Of a stretch of 32,000 bases of DNA, positions 8,258-15,907 are shown piece by piece. The notes under the pieces are model-generated. The model made no database searches, was not told where the DNA came from, and was given only the letters and a program-made list of their open reading frames with translations. This stretch comes from Microcystis aeruginosa NIES-843 (lineage in GTDB: Bacteria; Cyanobacteriota; Cyanobacteriia; Cyanobacteriales; Microcystaceae): positions 4,410,001 to 4,442,000 of the forward strand of contig NC_010296.1 in NCBI RefSeq assembly GCF_000010625.1, in the 5' to 3' direction. Positions within the stretch are counted from its first letter, which is position 1. The number at the start of each line of letters is the position of its first letter. The position numbers and the translations under genes are program-made.

Positions 8258-8403
8258 GGCTCTCTTAGGTTTGGTGGGTAAAATGTATTCTAAGATACAT
8301 TCCTCCTAGCGAGTGAGTGGAAGGAACCACAAAGACACAGAGGACACAAAGACTGATCGATCATAATGTAAGTTAAACTTATCACACAAAGAATAAGAGA
8401 GCC
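8258..8403. mobile_element. 146-bp MITE-like insertion inside a heptamer tract
   Basis: 10-bp TIRs GGCTCTCTTA (8258-8267) and TAAGAGAGCC (8394-8403). GTAATCA flanks both sides (8251-8257, 8404-8410), but that is also the host repeat unit, so the duplication is ambiguous. No ORF. Confidence 0.55.
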
Positions 8404-8484
8404 GTAATCAGTAATCAGTAAACATTAAACAGTCAACAGTAATCAGTAAAAAGGCAGCTCCGAGCTTGTCGCTTAATACTATTC

Positions 8485-8551
8485 ACTTAAAACTTAAAAC
8501 TTAAAACTTAAAACTTAAAACTGATAACTGATAACTGATAACTGATAACTG
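8485..8551. repeat. (ACTTAAA)x5 followed by (CTGATAA)x4, abutting the desaturase stop codon
   Basis: Direct reading of 8485-8551. On the gene (minus) strand the array reads TAG-AATCAG-(TTATCAG)n. Confidence 0.95.
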
Positions 8552-8554
8552 ATT

Positions 8555-9649
8555 CTAGCTGGCTAATTTGAGATCGAAATTACTTTGTTTATTGCCTAAT
8601 TGTCTGAGCCAACGATAATTATAAGTTAAAGCACCTCGCAGGGTGGGATAAACGGCATAATTAACGCCAAATTCTTGGCAAACTTCCGCTAAGATTGGGG
8701 CAATTTGGGGGTAGTGAATATGGCAAATTTGCGGGAAAAGATGGTGAACAACTTGATAATTTAATCCCCCTAAATACCAATTTAAAAAGGCATTTTTAGG
8801 AGCAAAATCTACGGTAGTTCGCACTTGAAAGATTGCCCATTCGTCTTCGATTTGGTTAGCTGCCGAGGGTTGAATAAATTCGGCGGGTTCCAAAACGTGA
8901 GCTAACATAAATACATGACAGGCAAGCACTCCATAGGTCATAAAAGCAATGAGAAAACCGATCGCTATTTCTAGGGGACTATAACCAACTAGAAGAGGAA
9001 TGCCAATAAACCAGAAGAGATAAACAACTTTTCCGCTCAATAAAACGAATAGATCGATCGGTTTAGGATTAGGAATTTTAATCTCGCCAAAACGATGACC
9101 AAAGAGAATAGAGCGCACATCGGAGAATGACCAATAGATAGGAATTATAGCGTAGAGAATCGGGATAAATAAATGTTGATAACGATGATACCATTTATGC
9201 TCGGCATGGGGAGTCATTCGCACGATACCATCGCCGTGAATTTCCACATCGTACCCTAAAACATTGGTGTAGGTATGATGGAGATAATTATGACGAAAAC
9301 GCCAGAGATAACTGGAAGTACCGATGATATAATCGTAGCTCATGCCAAGGAGAGAATTAACCCATTTTTTACTAGAATAGCCGCCATGGTTAGCATCATG
9401 ACCAATGCTAAAACCGATTCCTGCTAATCCTCCTCCTAAAACCATGCAACCGATAATTTTCAGCCACCAGATATCCGGACCAAAAAGTACAAATAGCCAA
9501 GCGGCAATTACCCAAGTTAAAATCGTGATCGTCTTCAGGTACATGGCAAAATTATCTCTGGTGGGGATGCCGTTTTCGGTAAAATAAGCATCAACCCGTT
9601 TATTCAATTCCTTTCTAAAACCCTGATTTTCGGTAAAAGTTACTCGCAT
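8555..9649 (-). CDS. desD: Front-end acyl-lipid desaturase, delta-6 type
   Basis: 364 aa. His boxes HDANH, HNYLHH and QVVHH; the Gln in box 3 is a front-end desaturase hallmark. There is no cytochrome b5 fusion. It aligns end to end with my recollection of Synechocystis DesD (YLKT..., HNYLHHTYTN, DDEWA, NYRWL). Confidence 0.85.
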   Translation of the reverse strand: MRVTFTENQGFRKELNKRVDAYFTENGIPTRDNFAMYLKTITILTWVIAAWLFVLFGPDIWWLKIIGCMVLGGGLAGIGFSIGHDANHGGYSSKKWVNSLLGMSYDYIIGTSSYLWRFRHNYLHHTYTNVLGYDVEIHGDGIVRMTPHAEHKWYHRYQHLFIPILYAIIPIYWSFSDVRSILFGHRFGEIKIPNPKPIDLFVLLSGKVVYLFWFIGIPLLVGYSPLEIAIGFLIAFMTYGVLACHVFMLAHVLEPAEFIQPSAANQIEDEWAIFQVRTTVDFAPKNAFLNWYLGGLNYQVVHHLFPQICHIHYPQIAPILAEVCQEFGVNYAVYPTLRGALTYNYRWLRQLGNKQSNFDLKLAS

Positions 9650-9885
9650 TCCTAATTTTTGTCCTAGAAGTTGATATGACGGCTATTTGTGGCAGCTCAG
9701 AGTGAATTTATGAGTCTTGTACTGGTTTGCTAAGGCTGTCTCACTATAACTGATAGTTTCTCATCAGTCTCTCATCTATTGTCAGAGAAAGAGGTGCGCT
9801 TGGCAAGGGAATCGCTCAATTTATTTGCTACTCTTGCAGAAAATCCTCGGTTTTTACCTAATCAGATAGCAGATACCTGTAGCCG

Positions 9886-11043
9886 GTGATAGAGATGAGC
9901 ATTAGGTGCTTTTGTACTACTATTAAGACCATTGAAGGCGATCGAGTTTTCTGGTGCGAAGTGCCACAATTAAGAAAATCGATCGATGCGATCGCTGGAA
10001 GCGTGGCCGATGATGAAGCGGTGTATTTTTATCTGTGGCAATGGTTACAGAATGATCCTAATAACCAATTAGTCAAGTCCCATTGGATGGTTTTCTTACA
10101 ATATCGCTCCTGTATGGTAACTCAAAGGGTCTATAAAAATGTTGGCCATCGGATCGATGCTGATTATGAAACCCTCTTCTACTATTTGCTGAATTTGCTT
10201 GCCACGGCAATCACCAACAATCCTCGCAATTTTTACGGTAACTTTCAGGATAACAAGACCAAACCGGGATTTTTTCGCTTAATCTTAGAAAAATGGACAG
10301 ATAAAAAATTAAGAAATACTCTCTATAATTTTCTGCGAGGAGAGTATAAAACGATTGGCAGGACTAATCTCGGTATAGTCAGTCTTTTTAGTGCGAATAA
10401 AATTCAAAAAGTTTTACGAACATCGGGTATCTTTAACGAGAATCATCTGCTAATATTTAACTGTTTTCGAGAGGTTAAAAAAGCTTCTCTTAGATCATTG
10501 GATAAGTGGCAAGAGGAGGATTGGCAACAGGTAATCGATCGCCTACAGCAGTTACAACCGCAAGTTATTCTCACCGTTGAGGAAGTGCAAGCAAAACTCA
10601 ATCAAATAGGGGAGATAATGCGTAATCATATCGATCCTCCTTACTCTAAATTTGAGCCTAATAATTATGACGATAATAGCAATTACTTTTGGGAAAATAT
10701 CCCCAGCAAGAAGCCAAGTAAAGATTTACTACAACAGCAAGAAATCCAGGAAGATATTAATAAGTTATTAATCACTCTTGAGGATGAAGTTAAACAGATT
10801 GTATATTATTACTATCATCAAAAGATGACGCAAGCACAGATCGCTAATCGATTGGGAGTTCATTCATCTACTATTAGTCGAGAAATAACCCAATTATGTA
10901 AAAAAATTTATCAGCTACTCTGTGCAAGGGAAGGCAAAGATTGCCCTATTTTGTTAAATGAGATTCAATTAGAATCTCGGCAAAAACAAGAGATCGATGC
11001 TTATCTAAAATATTTTTGTCAGTCCTACTTAACTCAAATCTAA
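9886..11043 (+). CDS. Divergent sigma-70-family / HetZ-like putative transcription regulator
   Basis: 385 aa. The C-terminal region-4-type HTH is YYYYHQKMTQAQIANRLGVHSSTISREITQLCKKIYQLL. A region-2-like stretch is FFRLILEKWTDKKLRNTLYNFLR. The start may be GTG 9886 or ATG 9895. The CDS itself is solid; the function is inferred. Confidence 0.6.
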   Translation: MIEMSIRCFCTTIKTIEGDRVFWCEVPQLRKSIDAIAGSVADDEAVYFYLWQWLQNDPNNQLVKSHWMVFLQYRSCMVTQRVYKNVGHRIDADYETLFYYLLNLLATAITNNPRNFYGNFQDNKTKPGFFRLILEKWTDKKLRNTLYNFLRGEYKTIGRTNLGIVSLFSANKIQKVLRTSGIFNENHLLIFNCFREVKKASLRSLDKWQEEDWQQVIDRLQQLQPQVILTVEEVQAKLNQIGEIMRNHIDPPYSKFEPNNYDDNSNYFWENIPSKKPSKDLLQQQEIQEDINKLLITLEDEVKQIVYYYYHQKMTQAQIANRLGVHSSTISREITQLCKKIYQLLCAREGKDCPILLNEIQLESRQKQEIDAYLKYFCQSYLTQI

Positions 11044-11059
11044 TCTGTTAGGAGATACC

Positions 11060-12424
11060 ATGAAAGTCAACCTCGATATTTTGCAACAAATTAACCCGAA
11101 ATCCCTTTGGCTAACTTTTTCGGAAACAGAGATTAAACAAGCTCGATCGATTCTCGGTCAATACTCTAATCAAACCGCCAAAAATCAGGCTTTGATTAAT
11201 TACTTGGTGCAAATATGCTTAAGCAATTGGCTGAAAGATAATCTTGATTGTTCCCTTCAAATAATACCTGAAAACCATCAGTATCTTTGGGAGTTTATTA
11301 ACGGGTTTACTTGGCAGATTAAAGACAAAAAAGTTACTACTATTCCCAGTCAAGCGATTGACATTGAGGGATTGACAATAGAGCAAGAATGGGTTGATAT
11401 TCCCGATTTAGCGGCAGATTTTTATCTAGGGGTGCAGGTAGATTTAGCAGAAAAATTTCTCAATATCTGGGGTTTTATATCCAGAAAAGATGTTAAAAAT
11501 CTCGCAGAATACGATTCAATTTACCATCAATATTATTTAGATAGTGAGCAAATGATTGATGATTTAGATATTCTTTGGCAGAGTTGTTTAGAGGGAGAGA
11601 GTGAACAAGAAAAACTGGAATCTTTAGCAAATTTATCGCCAGCAACAGCAGAAAAATTAATTAAAAAGTTAGGTCAAGTTTCACCCTATTCTCCGAGATT
11701 AGATATTAGTTGTCAGCAGTGGTTAGCTTTGTTGAATGATCAGCAATGGCGAGAAAAACTTTATCAGCAGCGTCTAGAAATAATCCCCACTAAACTTAGT
11801 CAATGGTTACAGGGAATTATTACAGAGAAATGGCAGGAAATCCTCAGCACTATCGACAATTATCGTCCAATTAATCCAGGGTTTTTGTTGGCTGCTGAAA
11901 AAATCAGCAGCCGAGAATCTCCGACAGATATTCAGCGAGAAATTAGACAACTGTATGCTAGTCAAAAAGAGGTGGAATTTTCGGAACATTTAACCCCAGA
12001 GGAAGCTTTAGCAAAACTGCAACATCAAACCCAAGATGAAACTATTCGCTGGCAAGCGGCCGAATATCTCTGGAATATTGATCCTCATTATCCCAATGCT
12101 GCTATTCGTAAAATGCTCGATGTGGGTAGTCAATTAATGGGTTATAAAATCGCTTTAATGGTGGGAGTTTTATCGACCAGTGACCAGAGAATTGCTGTTT
12201 TAATTCGTGCCTATGCCATGGACAATTTTGCCAAGCTACCCCCTGGTTTATCTTTGCAAATTAGCGATGAAATAGGCCAATTAATCCCCGGTTTAGAAGC
12301 AAGAGCAAGGGAGAAACCCTTAGATAGCTATCTACAGCTTTATTTTCTAGCTGATGCCGACGATCGCTTTAATGTTAACCTAAGTTTAGGGGACAGTAGC
12401 ATTACCGAACAGTTTAGGATTTAA
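11060..12424 (+). CDS. DUF1822-like (PatU-like) protein
   Basis: 454 aa. RBS AGGAG lies upstream and the gap to the preceding gene is 16 nt. It has one HEAT-like motif (ETIRWQAAEYLWNIDPHYPNAAI). The beta-rich C-terminus (IAVLIRAYA...LPPGLSLQISDE...YLQLYFLADADDRFNVNLSLGDSSITEQFRI) matches my memory of DUF1822 proteins. No HMM was run. Confidence 0.55.
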   Translation: MKVNLDILQQINPKSLWLTFSETEIKQARSILGQYSNQTAKNQALINYLVQICLSNWLKDNLDCSLQIIPENHQYLWEFINGFTWQIKDKKVTTIPSQAIDIEGLTIEQEWVDIPDLAADFYLGVQVDLAEKFLNIWGFISRKDVKNLAEYDSIYHQYYLDSEQMIDDLDILWQSCLEGESEQEKLESLANLSPATAEKLIKKLGQVSPYSPRLDISCQQWLALLNDQQWREKLYQQRLEIIPTKLSQWLQGIITEKWQEILSTIDNYRPINPGFLLAAEKISSRESPTDIQREIRQLYASQKEVEFSEHLTPEEALAKLQHQTQDETIRWQAAEYLWNIDPHYPNAAIRKMLDVGSQLMGYKIALMVGVLSTSDQRIAVLIRAYAMDNFAKLPPGLSLQISDEIGQLIPGLEARAREKPLDSYLQLYFLADADDRFNVNLSLGDSSITEQFRI

Positions 12425-12456
12425 TAGAGATAGCAGAAAATGTCAAGGGTAGAGAC

Positions 12457-15069
12457 ATGAGCAGAGTTGTGATTCTGAAAATTGGTGATGGCAGTTTTGA
12501 GACGGGATTTTCCGTCACTCTAGAAATTCGTGACAATCATCTCTTGATAGCACCTTTTGCGGAGGGTAGATTAGTCCCTAACCTTGACATTGCTGACGCT
12601 TTGCAAAATTATCGTCGAGCTTATTATCATTGGGTAAAAAGTCAACCCAGTTTAGGAATTACCGTTCCTCATAGCATGATCACCCATGCAGCGGTAGGTG
12701 ATCCTAGAGACAACCTCAAAAAAGCCACTAAAACTTTAAAAGATAGCTTAAATGAATGGCTAAATTCCAGTTCTCTGAGTTCGATACAAAATCATATCTT
12801 GTTCCATATAGGTACTGAGTCAGAAGTAAGATTTTTTATCCAAACTACCCACTTTGATCTACAACAAATTCCCTGGGAGTCTTGGAATTTTTTACACAAA
12901 TGGTTTCCCGATGTGGAAATTGCTCTTACTATCCAGATAGATCCCCCGAGAGAACGTACTTTTACTTATCCGATTAATGTTTTAGTAATTTTGGGCAATA
13001 TTGACATCGAAAACAAGCATACTTCCCTGTGTTTATCCAGTTTGCAAACGGTACTAGGAAACCAAGATAAGGTTTCTATGCAAATATTAAGTCCTGGTTC
13101 AGACCCTCCTCTTTCAACGATAAATATTCACAATGAGTTGATCAAAAATCCATGGGATATTGTAGTTTATTTAGGTCATAGTCAAACCAGTAGTGACGGT
13201 CACGATGGAGTTTTTATCATTGATAATGATACGGCTTTATCTCCAGAACATAACTTAAGAAATTCCCTAGAAAAAGCTGTTAAAAAAGGCTTAAAACTTG
13301 TTATCTGTAATTCCTGCGATGGTTTAGGTATTGGCCGTCAGTTGGCTAATATCGGAGTACCCCATATTATTGTTATGAAAGAACCGATCGCCGTGCGGGT
13401 TGCTTTGAGATTTCTAGAAGTTTTTCTTCCCAATTTTCTTGGACATAAATCCCTACAAGAATCCTTAACAATCGCTCGACAAGACTTAAAATTACACGCA
13501 TTTGCGGTGGATGCTGCTAGTTCTTCTTTGCTGCCTCGTTTGATAGAAAATCCTGAAGAACCACCGTTAATTTTACCTTTACCCCCTGAAAATACGGAGG
13601 AAAATCACCAAAATAATCATGAGCAAAGTTGGCCTTTACGTCTATCTAGTCGCTGGAAACAAGCTCTGTTATTTATTTTAAGTCTTCTGGTAACTTTATC
13701 AATTTTATATTGGGGAGGAGTATTTTCCGATGATGCTAGTAAATACCCAGAAATTAGCTTAGGTGAAGAAATATTATTAAAGACAAACCGACAAGATAAC
13801 ATTATTGAACGGGGAAGACAAGCTTTTAAAAACAAAGAATATAAACAAGCAATTCAGCTTTTTAAAAAATCCCTCGATCGCTTGCCCAATAATCCAGAGA
13901 TTCGCATCTATTATAATAACGCTCGTGCGGCCTATCAAGACAGAAATCCCTTAAAAATTGCCACCAGTGTTCCGCTTGGTAATAATCCAGAAACTGCTCA
14001 GGAAATTTTACGAGGTATTGCTTTATTCCAAGAGGAGTTAAACGATGAACAGGCCAAAAACCCCGATTTTCACTTTCTACAGGTAGTGGTCGCTAATGAT
14101 AATAATAGCCCCGTAGATGCCAAAGATCGAGCCGAAAAATTTGTTAAAGATCCGTCAATCTTAGCAGTGGTTGGTCATAATGCTTCTGCTGCTAGTGAAG
14201 CGGCCAAAGATATCTATGTACAAGGGAAAATTGTTGCCCTATCTCCCACCAGCTTTTCCCCGAAAATCTCCGGTAATGGCTATGTGTATAAGATGGTTCC
14301 CGATCTGGAAACTTTTGCCACAACCTTAAGTGAATACATCCGCAAACAAACTGACAAGCTAATTATCCAAAACCCCACTAATTTAATTTGTTACGATAAT
14401 CGCTCTGGGGATAATTATAACTTCGCTCAAAAATATAGAAACATTCTTCTCGGTCAGCAGTTTCAAAAAGTCATTAAAGATGCAGATTTTGACTGCAATA
14501 TCGAACCAAAAAATAATTTAGATCAAGAGAAAATTTATCAAAAAATCGCTCAATACCAAGTAAATATTCTCATGATTGCTCCCTATATTAACGATCTGAA
14601 AAGAGCCGTCAGTATCTTTAAGCAACGTCCCGCACAACAGTTAAACTTAGTGATTTTAGGTTCCCCCACCTTTCAAAGTTATCTCACCCTTGCAGAAGGT
14701 AAACAAGGAGTAGAAAATTTAGTTATCACCGTGCCTTGGTATGATCTCAAACAAGATAATTATATCCACAGTTTTTGGCAAAATAAGATCAATGTTTGGC
14801 GCACTCCCATGGCCTACGATGCGACCAAAGTTATCCTCACCGCTTTGCGACAGTTATACCAACAAGGACAAAAATTCGATCGAGAATTATTAAATCAAGT
14901 TTTAAGAAACGATTTTTCTATCGAAGGAATGACTGGCACTGTTAGATTCGATGAGAATGGTGTCCGCAACATGAACAATAATCCTGATGATCGCCGCTAC
15001 TTGATTCTACAGGTCAAAAAGGGTCAATTTGTCCCCCTCGCTCCCATTAAATCTGCCGGTCCAGTCTAA
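12457..15069 (+). CDS. Transmembrane receptor: cytoplasmic CHAT (caspase-like) protease domain, one TM helix, periplasmic TPR-like motif and type I (LivK/ANF-receptor-type) solute-binding domain
   Basis: 870 aa. CHAT features: IPWESW, His241 in VVYLGHS (nt 13177-13179), Cys287 in LVICNSCDG (nt 13315-13317). TM helix ALLFILSLLVTLSILYWGGVF (aa 402-423) has RLSSRWKQ before it and SDDAS after it. TPR-like segment RGRQAFKNKEYKQAIQLFKKSLDRLPNNPEIRIYYNNA. Binding-protein motifs AQEILRGIALFQEE, VVGHNASAASEAA and LSPTSFS. Confidence 0.75.
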   Translation: MSRVVILKIGDGSFETGFSVTLEIRDNHLLIAPFAEGRLVPNLDIADALQNYRRAYYHWVKSQPSLGITVPHSMITHAAVGDPRDNLKKATKTLKDSLNEWLNSSSLSSIQNHILFHIGTESEVRFFIQTTHFDLQQIPWESWNFLHKWFPDVEIALTIQIDPPRERTFTYPINVLVILGNIDIENKHTSLCLSSLQTVLGNQDKVSMQILSPGSDPPLSTINIHNELIKNPWDIVVYLGHSQTSSDGHDGVFIIDNDTALSPEHNLRNSLEKAVKKGLKLVICNSCDGLGIGRQLANIGVPHIIVMKEPIAVRVALRFLEVFLPNFLGHKSLQESLTIARQDLKLHAFAVDAASSSLLPRLIENPEEPPLILPLPPENTEENHQNNHEQSWPLRLSSRWKQALLFILSLLVTLSILYWGGVFSDDASKYPEISLGEEILLKTNRQDNIIERGRQAFKNKEYKQAIQLFKKSLDRLPNNPEIRIYYNNARAAYQDRNPLKIATSVPLGNNPETAQEILRGIALFQEELNDEQAKNPDFHFLQVVVANDNNSPVDAKDRAEKFVKDPSILAVVGHNASAASEAAKDIYVQGKIVALSPTSFSPKISGNGYVYKMVPDLETFATTLSEYIRKQTDKLIIQNPTNLICYDNRSGDNYNFAQKYRNILLGQQFQKVIKDADFDCNIEPKNNLDQEKIYQKIAQYQVNILMIAPYINDLKRAVSIFKQRPAQQLNLVILGSPTFQSYLTLAEGKQGVENLVITVPWYDLKQDNYIHSFWQNKINVWRTPMAYDATKVILTALRQLYQQGQKFDRELLNQVLRNDFSIEGMTGTVRFDENGVRNMNNNPDDRRYLILQVKKGQFVPLAPIKSAGPV

Positions 15070-15176
15070 ACCTTCCTATCCTTGTCAAGACTTTTTACAA
15101 AACTTAACCTTACCCACTGCATCAAAGTTAGCCATCACTCCTAATTAACAGGTAACACCTCTAGGAGACAAACGGC

Positions 15177-15896
15177 ATGAAATTGTTAAAAAAATTAACC
15201 CCAAAGGCCTTGATTTTTTGGCTGATCGGTGATAAGGCAGGAAATTCTCTCGTTGCGATCTGGAATTGGTTGTGGGGTATTCCCATCGAATCCGGCGGAA
15301 AAATTGCCGTAGAATCGGCCAAAGAATCCCTAGAATTGATGCAAAAATCCCTAGCGGAATTGACAGAATCGGTGGCGAAAGTAGTAGCGGCCCAGCAATC
15401 GGCTCAAGCACAATACGAGGCAAAAAAACAGGAACACACAAACTACTTGCAGCAGGCTGTCACCGCTCAAAAAAAAGGTCTTCAAGAAGCGGCAAGACTT
15501 GCTATGGTTAAGGTTATCTCCCTAGAAAAAATTCTACCCGCCATGAAAGATCGGGTTGATAATGCCGAAAAAGTGGTCATTGCTGCTAAGGAAAAACTTC
15601 GTAAAGAGCAGGAAAAAATCGAGCATTATAAGTTAGAAATGAGCAACTTAAAAGCGATTAGTTCCATGAATGAGGCTTTAGGTAAAATAAACGAATTTGA
15701 TAGTAGTCTCAACCTCAATACCTCCCGCGATCGCTTTGAGGATGCCAATGAAGCGATTAACGACCGTTATCGAAAAGAAAACGCCTATAGTGAATTAAGC
15801 GAGAACTATAGCGAGAAATTAGCTCAAGAAATCGATTTCTTAAGCCTTGATGACGAAATTAACCGCCGTTTAGCCGAATTCAATCAGCAAAGTTAA
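15177..15896 (+). CDS. PspA/IM30-family (ESCRT-III-like) coiled-coil protein with an unusually hydrophobic N-terminus
   Basis: 239 aa with RBS AGGAGA. The long heptad coiled coil follows the PspA layout: QQAVTAQKKGLQEAARLAMVK, EKIEHYKLEMSNLKA, SRDRFEDANEAINDRYRKENAYSELSE, and a C-terminal LSLDDEINRRLAEF. Confidence 0.6.
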   Translation: MKLLKKLTPKALIFWLIGDKAGNSLVAIWNWLWGIPIESGGKIAVESAKESLELMQKSLAELTESVAKVVAAQQSAQAQYEAKKQEHTNYLQQAVTAQKKGLQEAARLAMVKVISLEKILPAMKDRVDNAEKVVIAAKEKLRKEQEKIEHYKLEMSNLKAISSMNEALGKINEFDSSLNLNTSRDRFEDANEAINDRYRKENAYSELSENYSEKLAQEIDFLSLDDEINRRLAEFNQQS

Positions 15897-15907
15897 GGAG
15901 TAAAGCA

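Noticed and set aside
15145-15511. ORFs 15145-15441 (minus) and 15266-15511 (plus) overlapping the PspA-like gene
   Set aside because: They are alternative-frame or antisense shadows with Arg/Ser/Pro-rich composition. The PspA-like frame has the RBS and a coherent coiled-coil sequence.
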